A stretch of 51,724 nucleotides of DNA from Catajapyx aquilonaris (lineage: Eukaryota): assembly GCA_000934665.2 (NCBI GenBank), contig JYFJ02000722.1:62001-113724 (forward strand), given 5' to 3'. This document shows positions 1 through 12,040 of this stretch, in pieces. How positions within the stretch are numbered: position 1 is the first letter of the stretch; the number at the start of each line of letters is the position of its first letter. The notes under the pieces are model-generated. The model was not told where the DNA came from. It searched no databases and was given only the letters and a program-made list of their open reading frames with translations. A program made the position numbers and the translations under genes.

Positions 1-3000
1 TGTGAAAGAGTATATTTCAGGAATATAGGTGTGGGAATTTTCATTTTGACAAAAACCTGCATCAAGGTGGTGACATAAGTATACCCTGGGGTCCAAAAAG
101 GACCCCACATTACCAATTAAGGGTTGCGTGGAGGGAGGTGAGGCACAGGCAAGTAAGAAGCACATGAAAGTGAACCTGAGTGAGATGGCCAAGGTTAGCG
201 ATGTGATCTGATCTGTGCAATGCCTTCAAAGCAGGGTGACCCGTGTTGTAAAAATCTTGGGAAAGCTACTCTGACCACATTCAAAATGATCACGTGCAAT
301 GATGAAAAATGATCAAAATGTACACACATGCATGTGAGACACTTGACTAATGCGAAGTTGTGTCACACATTTATGAAGGCCGTGTCTATATCACATGTTG
401 CAGGCCTTGCCTAAGCAGTGTAAGTTCCTTAAAAAGCCTGTGAAATGTATTCTCAATTACATATTAATGGGCCACAATTCATTCAGGTGCGAAGAGTCAT
501 TTTGTGAAATCCGTAATTTGCAATTTTAAAATCTTCTGGATACCATTTATATATGGCATGCCCTATGACCAACTTTGTGCAATATCTAACGAATATGCAT
601 GCTGCATTCAAAAATAAATGGCACCAACTATTACTTTTTGCGTTTGTCACACAAAAGCACCACAGAATTAGCACAAGTTGCACAATGATGATTTTACAAG
701 ATTCCTTGTTTCAGTGTAAATTATAATCCCTTTCCTACTAAGCTAGTACCTATTATGTGCTCAAATTTACAGTATTATCAGTTGTGACTGCCAATTTCTC
801 AAGCAGCCTCTGCATAAATCTGCAAGACCTTCTAGATCTCATGGGTACATTTTGAGCCGAAAAAATTTGCTTAATTAACTTGAGCACTAGCATTCAAACC
901 TACACAGTATTTTTGTTCACTTGTTCAGCACACAGGTGACAGTGACTTATGCCATGTTAAATGCCCTGAGAGTTCCTGTCCTAATTCTGGAGTGATACAG
1001 CTTGGGGAAGGGTTGACTCATGGCAAGTGAATTCCATAATGCGGTCAAGCAGTATGAACTTTTAAATCAGCCATGTAGCCATATTTTTAAAAGATGAATT
1101 TGCTATAAAGCACAATAAATTCTACTTCCTTTTCTCTCCAGAGATGATATTGTGGAAAACAACTTAGAAACTGTTGCAGCAAGAATGAAGGGGGGATTTT
1201 TCCAGGAAGATGAGTGAATTAAGTGAGTTCCACTTAATGCTATTTTGGGAAGGCAGGCATCCTTCTCTCTCATTATGGTGTTACTTCAAGAAAGTGAAAG
1301 GGAAATAAATTTTTCAAAAGCACTGTTGCATAACCTTGATTTCTGGAGTGAACATGTGTGAGAGGTGTCCAGATAGCAATAATTCGGCAGATTTGGAAGA
1401 CCAGTGGGGGTAGGCAAGTGCAAATAAATCATGATAGACAATTAATAGAAATGAACTGCCACATGATCTCTACTGCACAGTAGCCATATCCACATGTCCT
1501 TGCCTGTGTGACTCACTGGCAGACAATACACAGGTGAGAGTGATGAGGAAAATATTCATATAATGCCTGCACTCCCAGAATAACAACAGCAACTCATCAC
1601 ATTTCCCAATAAGGGATAATCCGTCATAAAAAGGGAGACACATGTTACCCCAATAAAACACCAATACCATCGCACCACTTAGAAAGGATGGTCAGTGAGG
1701 AAAGAGATGCAAGTCAATGATGAGCATACAACACGAGCAAGGATTTCATGGTAACGTGTAATTCCTCTGCCAGTCTGCCGATCATAGCTGCAGAATTTGT
1801 CCCGTTTGAATCTGGATTAATGGACAAGGTGGTCCCAAATATAACTCACAGAATAACTCCCTAAAAATTCATAAATAACATTCATAATGTCTTGATGTCA
1901 TTGAACTTCAGGTAATTGAGATGCTACTGTAATTTGAAGTTGGCTGAAATTGTACGTGTCATTTGCTAAATTTTCTCTTATGTTCATATCCTGGCATTGT
2001 TTTATGGTGCTGAAGTTACCAAAATTTTTACACTAGTATTGTAACTTCTGAATTTTACAGGACTTTTCATCATGTACAAAACTATCAACTGCATAATATG
2101 ATGCTAGACGTCTTCTGAGAGTTGTAAATTAGAAATGCAATACACCAGTAAGGAATCCACACAATTTAAATGACCAGTTGTAAATACACCTGCAGTAATT
2201 TGCAATTCATCACATAGCCTGTCACACAGACTTCATAAAACAAGCTGTGTGTGTAAGATGTCTAACCAAAAATACGCACTTATTCTTTTCTGTCAGCATG
2301 CAAAGCAATGTAGTTCAAGGTCCACAATGCGAGGATAGCATATCCCCATTCAAGTGGAATATCAAAATGTAATCACAGTAAGTACCACTTCCTGCTGCAT
2401 GACTGCTTAGGGCCTGTTTTCCCTTTGATAAGGAATGGTGTAGTGCCCCCCCGCCCCATGGCCAGGAGACTGGTGAATCCATATCTCGAAACTGAATAAC
2501 TCAGACAATGTAACTAATTCTTGAAAATTCTGGCAATCATACGAAGTTGGTCAACATATGAATCACCTTTTCCATTCAAAGGACCTATTACTTTTCGCAT
2601 CACGCACTGTATGCAGTTTACTGTACTGTACCTCTACGCAGCTACACTACAGTAAAGTCACTCTTGCATTCAACTGAACCCATTTTGAGCAGGAAGAGAT
2701 TCCCCTCAATGCCCAAAATCAGGTCGAACAAAGATTGGTCAAATGTACACTGACCCAGTGAATTACGCTCGCTTGGCTGGTCTGAGTTGCCATGTGATTC
2801 ATTTAATGCATTTTCTCATAATTGGAAGCATTTTATATTACTAGTTTGTTCCATAATTTTTTGTGTGCACATCAGAAATATCTTACATGTCAGAAACTTT
2901 TTTTTTTACAAGTCAGAGCTGATTAAGTCAAGAACTGGCAGTAGTTAACCCTTTATATTGTGATTATGACTAAGGCAACACTATTCAGGGTATGTGAATG

Positions 3001-3124
3001 GTAGTGCAAACCCATGCCTACCAGGACAATAAAAATAAAATCAAATATAGCAACCTCTCTCTCACACACTACATCTTTCTTGTGAGATAACAAGAACACT
3101 ATTAAACTGCAGTAGTTAACTCAC

Positions 3125-3550
3125 CGGTGAGGAGAAGTAGATACCACGGATGGTGGCAACCAGGAACACAAGCAGGTAAAGGAACTTCTGCGTTGTGACC
3201 CGACACGCCCTGAGCAGTGAGGGCGCCTTCATCCTTTTGAACTCGGCCATAATGCACATGACCAGTTGGGCCAAGGAAACTGCTGCCAATACAAAGAATA
3301 TGGTGGCAAATCCAACAAAGTATCCCACATTGGGATCATGACAGCCAAGACCGTCGTATTGGATCTCGCAATGGCATGTTCCATTGTTGCACTCTCCATG
3401 TCCAGAGCAGTTTAAGGTGCAGAGGATGGATGAGATATTGCCTGTAGGGTGTACCCAGTCCATGATTCGAAGTGTGAGCTCGTATGGAGACAGTGCAGTG
3501 CTCAATGACAACAGTGATGAGGTCAGGGGGGTCGGGGCCACCGACACCAT
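3125..3550 (-). CDS. Coding exon of an EGF-like domain plus multi-pass membrane protein (partial; possibly GPR137/TOM1-like 7TM family); downstream exons not identified in the window
   Basis: ORF 3116-3619 contains the EGF-like motif CTLNCSGHGECNNGTCHCEIQYDGLGC followed by two hydrophobic segments (YFVGFATIFFVLAAVSLAQLVMCI; FLYLLVFLVATIRGIYF). Acceptor ttctttgcag precedes 3585, a candidate ATG is at 3550, and donor CCG|gtgagt follows 3125. Confidence 0.75.
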
Positions 3551-5419
3551 TGTCGGGGTCGTGCACAGACTCCCACAGGAAGAGTCTGCAAAGAACAATT
3601 CAATAACAATGATGAGCAAGATTCACTGGACTTGGTAAGCAAGGTGTAAACACCTAAGCTGTATTGTGTAACACTTCATCTGGATTCATTATTACTTCTG
3701 ATAATAAAATACTGTCACTATTAAAACATTTATTACTGTCCTGGGAAAGCACACATCAATGACACAGACTCCAACATTGTTCTAACAATGCCTTTGCAGA
3801 GTAATTTATGACAAAACAGACTGCTTCTAAAAAATTATGTACTCGTACATTACACTGCCAAGCATTTCTTTCAAGCAAGAATTCAACACCATACCCAGAT
3901 TTTGGACATAACTGAACAAGGTAAATATCACTTTGCTAAGTTTTCATTGAGAATGTGGAGAACCTCCAAATTCACTACCTACTTGATGACAGCTAAATTT
4001 CTCAATGTGAGTAATCTGAGTGGTAGGACATTCCTACCAAAATGTACCAGATTCACCTCTGATTGCCTTATTTGTATGGGGATTCACTCTAATGTACGAG
4101 ATTCACCTGATTGTCTGCCCACTCCATGTAACTACTCCTAGCAACACATGGATGTTCATTGTTATGTTCAATAAACATCATATCTGTGCATTGTCATTGC
4201 CCTCTGAAAGTTCAGCAATATTGAAATGTCTCATTTATGGTAGGTACCCAAAAACTTGATTGTCGCATTGTCATATAAACTTGCATTGATTATAATTTAC
4301 TGACTGTAACTTGTTAACTAATGTTATGTAGGTACATTGAAACACATTCATATAGCTGATAACTGGAGAAAACTGGAAGTCAACAAAAATCTAATGTCGA
4401 GTGCTGAAAATTAGTATTGAACACTTGACATCCAATTGACATTCTGACTAAACATTTGAGTGTTTCTGGAGACTATTTAGTACCTTTCAAATAACTCACA
4501 ACACAATGTGATATACATCATAATTTTGAAAGGACACGGTGAAAATAAACTAAAAATTCAACTACCTAACTTCATTTACATCACCTGTCACAGGAATTCA
4601 GTGGCATTGTCATGTCATCTGTCTCACACAACCCCATCCTATATTGGCATGCAGGTGTAGCAATTTGATGTGAATCTTCTAAAATCTGGTCACCCCAGAT
4701 CTACCAGAGTGCCTCAGTTTGCATGGTGATACAGTGTATGCTTGCTCCTAAGGAGTCCCAAATGACATTGCAATGCCTTTCCCAGACAGGAGCAGCTTGA
4801 CACATACAGAACTGCTGCCAATGCAAAAAGCCAGAAATTCTTGGCCACTCCCAAGACAGGCAAGGCGCCAACTTCGTTAAGCTTATTAGGAGTGATCAGT
4901 TACATCCTACAAATGCACCTAAACCACATCCAGAGGCACTAACGTCCTGCTAATCAATCAGACATCCTCTTTTAATGACTACACATTAATAGAAACCAAA
5001 CCCAAATCACCTGTGAAGCAGCCAGCAAGCAGAGTGAATAGACCACTGTCGCAAGCGTGTCTCAGGTCTCGTCCTTCAGGTCCAGGCGGCAGTCTCCTTC
5101 CATTCCAAGCAGCTGCAAAGGCAAAGAGGTGACTGACGTCAAGCAACTGCGAGTGAAGGCTGCTGCCTCATCCTTAATTGGACCAAATCTCTTCATCAAG
5201 TGTGGGCAAACCCCCCTTCACATTACGACAGGTGAGGCAAGAAGAGGCAGCCATGACCACCACTTCCGGGGGCAGCCCCTGGTACCTCGTGTCCATGCTA
5301 CTCACCCTGAAGGAAGGAAGGAAGGAGCTACGGAGATCCTCCGCGTGATTCATCGATCATCCAGTCACCGCAGACATTGCATTGTCCGAGGGAAAGGCAG
5401 GCGCTCCACCACCTGACAC

Positions 5420-5856
5420 AGCTGAACACAGTATCCCTACGCGACTGATGTAGTTCCCACTAATTCAACTTCACACTGGGGTTGACAACTAGCGGTGACT
5501 GGAACCGGGGCTCAGATAAATTGGGAGAGGGTACTGCGTCTTATCTGAGCGGGCACTGCGAGCTTGTGCAAGTGTACGCAGAGGTGAAACTTAAAAAAGT
5601 AGTTCGTTCAGGTGCAAGTTGAGTGCAAAAACATGACGTCACAAATACGGTACCGTGATACACTGCAGACGACAACCATCTCTGGGGCCACTAGATGGCG
5701 CAGGGGAATCGTGATCACTTAAAACCATATACGTGCAACACATTTATCTTCTTTAAAAATATAAACACAGACTGATTTGATATGAAGTTGATATAAAGTT
5801 CGCTCATTTGACTTTCGCAAAGGACACCCTTGACCGGGTTACGTCACGAGATAAAG
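5420..5856. promoter_or_regulatory. CpG-rich, probably bidirectional promoter between the EGF/TM gene (-) and HSD17B8 (+)
   Basis: CpG-rich relative to the flanks. Full CRE TGACGTCA at 5634-5641, CTCF-type CCACTAGATGGCGC at 5688-5701, and YY1-type AAGATGGCGGC overlapping the HSD17B8 ATG. Confidence 0.55.
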
Positions 5857-7104
5857 ATGGCGGCGCCCAGTGGAATCCTTGCTGGCAGGATAGCTCTCGT
5901 TACAGGTTTGATCTAGTATCTATGTCTATGATGTGACAACTGTTGAGATTTTCAGGTGTGTAACTGGGCTTGGTTTTGGTGTTGCAGGCGGGGGAAGTGG
6001 GATTGGACGGGCTGTGTGTCAGGTGTTTTGCCGGGAAGGAGCTCGGCTGGTGGTTGCAGACAGAAATGAGGAAGCGGCACATCAGACCCTCAAGGACCTT
6101 CCAGGTATATACATTCAACTCTCAACGCTCAACCATTATAAGCACAGTTGCACTTTAAAGCGTTACGTTAAAAATTTCAACAAGCAAATCATCAAATTCA
6201 ATTGAACTTTGCAAAAGATAATTTGTAAAAACGTACATGTAATGGCAAATTGCAGAAAAATCAGCGGTGAACTAATCTTTTCCTTCAAGTTGGCAGTGGA
6301 CCTCACATGGCCATTGCCCTGGATGTGTCAGTGGCCCAGAGTGTCCATGCTGTAATCAAAGAAGCTGTGAGAAAATACTCCCGACCACCATGCCTCGTGG
6401 TCAATTCAGCTGGCATAACTAGAGATAACTTCCTGCTCAAAATGGATGAGGATACCTTCCAGAGTGTTATAGACGTCAACCTCAAGGTACTTCACATTGT
6501 CGCTTACTAGCCACAACATTATGTGTGTTGATATCTGCAGGGAACATTTTTGGTCATGCATGCAGCTGCGAATGCAATGGTGGAAGCCAAGGTTACAAAT
6601 GGAAGCATTGTCAACTTGTCTAGCATATCGGGGAAGCATGGCAACATTGGACAGTGCAACTACGCTGCTAGCAAAGCTGGAGTAGAAGCTCTAACCAAGA
6701 CAGCTGCAAAGGAGCTGGGAAAGTATGGCCTTAGCATACAAGGAGAATGCAATTTAAAACTTCACAAACCCTTTCAATCGCTACCTTCAAGAAAGTCTGG
6801 TACTTTCCAATAAGCAACTTGACATTTCAGGATGGGAATCCGATGCAATGCAGTACTGCCTGGCTTCATTGAAACTCCCATGACGGCAGTGGTCCCTGTG
6901 AAGGTCAAGGACAAGATAATACCAATGATTCCTGTGGGACGCTTTGGATTTCCCGAAGGTAAGTAACCTCCAAATGCTGAAACAGCAGTAGTTAAAACCC
7001 TTATTGTTACAGAGGTTGCTGAGGTCATCCTTTTCCTGGCCTGTGACAAGTCGTCATATGTAACTGGTGCCTGCGTCGATGTTAACGGTGGTCTTTCCAT
7101 ATGA
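5857..7104 (+). CDS. HSD17B8: Estradiol 17-beta-dehydrogenase 8 / (3R)-3-hydroxyacyl-CoA dehydrogenase (classical SDR), 254 aa, 6 exons
   Basis: Exons 5857-5905, 5988-6104, 6290-6486, 6541-6722, 6831-6958 and 7013-7104 join in phase (765 nt). Motifs: [20 protein letters not shown], catalytic [33 protein letters not shown]. Confidence 0.9.
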
Positions 7105-7799
7105 ACAAAAGACTTTCCAGTACAAAAAGTCTTGCAACTCTTGTGCCTTTGTAGTGTCTACTTCCTTTTGATGTTAAGAAGTTGGGATATTTTCATGGTG
7201 TATAAATAAAATGTCATTATGAAGGGAGACAGCATATTTTAATCCAAGATGCCATCATGGGAATGGAGGGCAAAGAAATTCACAAAATTAATATTAATTC
7301 TACCTACTCACACCATATTCATTGAAAACCCGCCCCATTATGCTTTCCTCATGCTGACTTGGCTGATTATTTCAGGGGGAATGGATACTACATCCTCCAC
7401 GCCTCAGAAAAGTAGAGCATATTGCATGTACTGATAAATCCCATCCTCAATGGCCATATCACTGCACAATTAACTGTTCATTTAAATCATGTTTTCACAA
7501 TTGAATGACCAGGCGACAAATCCACAGCCATCCACTTTTAATTTTTGGACTTGATGAATTTTCCACATGTAATAAAACAACGTCCTTTGCAGGCACGAGT
7601 GTCTTTCTCATAGAGCCAAGCTGATTTTCCATGTTCTATTTTGACCCCTGCTAAAAACTGGCCAACTCAGCATGAATCACTGGCAGCTCCTCCCACTTAC
7701 AACAAGAAAAGCCAGATGTGAGGTGATTTAACCCTAAATTAGTGCTTGGAGGATCCACTCCCACCTCACTTCCTCCATAAATATTATCAGCCTGCCCAC

Positions 7800-10700
7800 C
7801 TAGGGGAAACCATCATCATCCTCTTCTGCCATCTCCTTGGCAAGCTCGAGGTCTTGCTGCTCCCTCTCTCTTCGCTCCTCAGCAGACTCTAAATCTTTGT
7901 GGTAGGCTTTTGGGGGATAACGCATGGCTTTGACGCTGTGGTTGTGGATGTCCAGGCAGAAGGCAATGCGCTGATGGAAGGCTAGCTGTGGTTCCCGTGT
8001 TGTGTACAGGTCCTTTGTCTCCTTGCTTTGCATGTAGCCATTCTTGTGATCCAATGTTGCCTCAATTACACCATCACGGATTGCCTGAAGGGAAAACACA
8101 AGGAACTTGTAACTCACTTTAAAAATTGGGTTTCTTGCCCTTTGGATACTTTGACTCACCTTAGCAACAATGAATTCTGCATCAACAGCTGAGTCAAGCA
8201 TAAGCTTGGAGGCAACATCTGCTAGGGAGATACGTGAATATGACATGCTGATGGATCTCAGAGCAGTCTTGATGACATTATGCCTAAGGCGCAGGATGAG
8301 TGTGTATGTATGGTCACGGCGAAATTCATTCCCATGCTGGCTCAAGACACGTCCAAACTCCTGCAGGTTGCCCAGGCGCACTGCCTGGGTCAGCAGGAAG
8401 TATGGGTGAAGGGCCTTGCGCATCGTTACCTGGCGGAACACTTGCCTCTCAGGAATGTCGCCCAAGAGCAGCTCCACAGTAATGGCCAGTTTTTGAACCT
8501 GAAAGTATTGGGAATAGCAAATTGTTGCATCACTTCTTTATGGTGCTATAATACTTTTGCCTGTTTTGTGCAAATTGAGGAAGACCAGATAAAATATTTC
8601 ACCCTTGCAAACACTGTCATACAGAACGTTAATAGCCTCAATCAATCTCTCTTACTGTCTGTTTGAAGCCAACGGCTGAATGCTGGGGTGCCTTCCTCAT
8701 GGCCTGCAACAGATTCTTGTGTGCTGCAGTATAGTCAAGCTGTGTCCCCTTGATGCGCCCTAGATAGTAGAGGTAGCGGGCCCATTCATTGTTAGAAGCA
8801 GATTCAGGGAAGGCAGATTTTGAGACCAACTTGTCAGCCTGCTCATACAAATTATAGTTAAGGTAGTTTCGCAGCAGGCAATTAATCAGCACTGCCTGTC
8901 CCTCATAATCATTGCGCAATGTGGCTGTGCGGAGGCGACTGTGCAGCTTGTTCCGGATTGACACAAGCTGATTGTTCAGTTCATAGGAGCGAGTGTGATA
9001 GAAATAGCAGCGGGCTGCTATCAGATCCAGGGTACGGCGGTTTTGAGAACATATCTTTGTCATCACCAAGTCTGCAAGCAAATAAATTGGCCTTACTCCA
9101 ACAGGTATAATTAAGTGTACAATTAGAAGTGCAACTTAATGAGTGGAAGGAGTGAATGAGTGGAAAATGTCCTGAAAAGCAATAGTGTAAGTCTTACCTG
9201 AGCACTGGATGGCTTCAGCATTTTTCCCATCATCCAGTAATTTTAACAGCACCAGGAGTGTAATGTAACAATCCACCTCGGGTAGAAGAGGGGTTGTACT
9301 TGCACGTCCTGGGCGTAGGCGCTGGTTGTTTGATCCACCATCCACTTCCATAGGCTGAAACAATACACGCAAAAATCCATTACTACCTAGTCTTGAAGAC
9401 ACTGTCACAGCAGGTTCAGTAGTTTTGACTAGCCAAATAATTTGCAGGGCAATTTCACAGGAGACTTATTTTTCCTGGTGCAAAGAATCATTATGTAAAA
9501 GCAAAATGATACACAAATTTCCTCCAATGGACCTAAACCTCACCTCCTCCACAAAAGCTATGAGGGCATCCTTTTCCTTGGCTGAGTGTGTGTAGAACCC
9601 AGCAATAATTTTCCGGAGGACATTTGGATTCAATTTGCGGCGGGTGTTAGGAATAGCTCTCAGAACTCTCAGTATGAACCTTGGCTCTTTGCTATGCACC
9701 GCCTTCTCAATCTGACGGATGTGCTCACGAATATCTGAAATGGTAAAATGAACAGTGAATTCTCAGCTTAGCACAGGATCAAAATATTACAGTACCCTTT
9801 GGTGATGGTCTGCCTACATAGCATTAGAATTGTGATCACTAGACAGAATACATACGTACATACGTATCTTCATGGCATTGTCCCAAAGATATATCCTTTG
9901 CATGTACCTGACCAGTCGCCTTAAGTTTATCATATTCAGTCAAGCGAGATGGCAAGGTGTTGTACACCATATCATCGCTGGCTACCCCATCTTTGGGACA
10001 ATGGCTTGAAGATATATATGTATGTACTAGACAGAATGCCCTTACAATAAGAACAGACACTAATATTTGCATGCCTATGGCCCTGCACAAATTTGGTGGC
10101 ATTTGTTTGTGTATCCAGCTGTAGCTGCTGGAGCTTATGTTATTTTGATATGACTTAATTCACCCATAGAAACTTAATTATGTCTCATGCCATTAGTTAT
10201 TTTCTACCTTCTATCACAACTTAACGTGGGTTTTAACATCTAGGAACTTTCAAAAGTTCTCTTACTTTGCGTACCACCAACAAGGCTTAGGATCTCGATT
10301 CTACTCTCGGACCCTTGATAATTGCTGAGATTGACACTCCAGATCTTGCTTCTTCCTAGTGCCATTTTTTTGACACAGGATGGGCTTAAACATTATGTAC
10401 CAGGGGCAGTTCCTCAGGCACTTCTAACCACAGCAAAAGCCATTCATTTTATATGCAATTTATGTCCCATCACTGCTGTGTAAATAATCACTACCCACAT
10501 TTTCATTTCATTGCACAATTTTTAAAACAACTTCAACCACTTTTGGTTGTTTCTGCAACTTTCTACAAGTTCCTAAAACATAAGGGAAATGTAAAGGAAA
10601 ACTGTTATTAGAGGAGTCAAAAAATAAGCACATTAATGATTGAGTAATGCTCAATCAACATTATCCTAGTATTGCCTCTGACAATGGCACAGTAAGACAC

Positions 10701-11702
10701 TACCTATGTGCAATCCAATGTATAGTAGAGATCAGTGGTCAGGCCAGATTTATTCAATGGCTTGACTAGGTCACCCTGGATTGGTTCATGTAACCTGTGA
10801 CTAACTATAGTCTGGGAGCTCTAAAACAGTCAACATTTGCATATGTATGAAATACCTACTACGTCATTTTGATAAAACACACTTGATGAACCTATCTTGT
10901 TCAAGGCACTCAACAAGGTGGTACATCAAATTTTTATGCCATACACTGATTGGCAAAATGGTATAACCATACCATGTATTCAAGAATTTACATCACATCC
11001 ACATTTGCAGAAATACTGTAGTAGTATCCCCACAACACTGCCCTGAGGAACGGAAAGGAGAGGGAGTGAGGGGAACTGCGTGGGGAATGCTCCTTCAATT
11101 CTCCTGACATGACGCAAGTTGACGAAATTCCAACCAATACAGATGCATTGCTCAATTCTTAAACACAAAGGGGTGTATTTTCATCCTACTGCTAAGCCCC
11201 TCCTAGCAGCCTGCTTCTATTACTGAGCCTTTTCATGGGTCACCATGTTACTGCTTATTAGCATTGGGGCAAAAATTCGGAGCAGAGTGTACTGCGCCTT
11301 TTGTGATACATTAAGCCACATTTACATGTGCGCAATTTGATCAGCGATATCGTCGTTGACCGATAAATCCATTTGTTTGGGGCGAAGATAGATTGTTACT
11401 TTCGCCCCAAACAATTGGCTTCATCGCTCAGCGATGATATCGCTGAATGAATCGCTAACATGTAAGTGCGGCTTTATAGGATTTTAAGGAAATCTTCTCC
11501 AAAGTACTTGCCAGCCTGCGCCTACATGACGCTACAAAATGTCTATCAACTCTGCATCGATATAAAAAGCCCCACCTTCTATGGTAAGCAAGTCGACATC
11601 TTTCTTAGGCTCCCCATTTGCTGCTCCTTCCCCAACCCCACCATCAGGGCTGCCCGCACTCTTCATCTCCACATCGTTCTGATCCGCCACAGGAACACCC
11701 AT
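7800..11702 (-). CDS. PSMD3: 26S proteasome non-ATPase regulatory subunit 3 (Rpn3), 504 aa, 6 coding exons
   Basis: Exons 11576-11702, 9544-9734, 9198-9354, 8656-9071, 8160-8498 and 7800-8084 join in phase (1515 nt). Diagnostic motifs: [71 protein letters not shown]. Confidence 0.96.
11314..11473. mobile_element. Palindromic MITE, PIF/Harbinger (Tourist-like) type, in the first PSMD3 coding-region intron
   Basis: Ends AGCCACATTTACATGT...ACATGTAAGTGCGGCT are near-inverted, TTA lies on both sides (11311-11313, 11474-11476), and an internal inverted pair is present (TTGTTTGGGGCGAA / TTCGCCCCAAACAA). Homologous to 31279-31473. Confidence 0.8.
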
Positions 11703-11949
11703 CTCTCACTCTCTGCAGATCTCCTTCTGTAGGCACCGGGCTGCTCCGAATTCGCCTTGTCACTCCCTAAACGTCAGCCTATATGCACCCCCGTTGACTC
11801 CAAACCTTCAGATCACGGCGACAGGTACCTGCATGAATCGAATAATCAGAACCGGCCCTTCCAGGCAACGGTCACGGGAGGGGTCAATCGGAGGTCATTC
11901 ACTCACTTGACCGGCTGTAAAGAGCGGAGAGTAACCACGCTTCTGGTTC

Positions 11950-12040
11950 TAACAAGCGGCCATCTTGGGACTGTAGTTTGTTCCGAACAGCGGCGCTGCG
12001 ATCGGTTGGCATGACGTCACACACCTGCTCAGTCATCGCA
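11950..12040 (-). promoter_or_regulatory. PSMD3 proximal promoter with ARE, CRE, YY1-like and ACTACA-TCCCA-like motifs
   Basis: Minus-strand ATGACTGAGCA at 12026-12036 fits the ARE consensus RTGACnnnGCA. TGACGTCA is at 12012-12019, and minus-strand ACTACAGTCCCAAGATGGCCGC is at 11956-11977. A probable short 5'UTR intron lies at about 11829-11906. Confidence 0.55.

Noticed and set aside
1660..1862. Candidate next exon of the EGF/TM gene after a tttttag acceptor
   Set aside because: The required phase-0 frame hits a stop after four codons (GGA GTT ATT CTG TGA).
5951..5987. Upstream alternative acceptor in HSD17B8 intron 1
   Set aside because: It gives an immediate in-frame TAA; the 5988 acceptor restores the TGGGSGIG motif.
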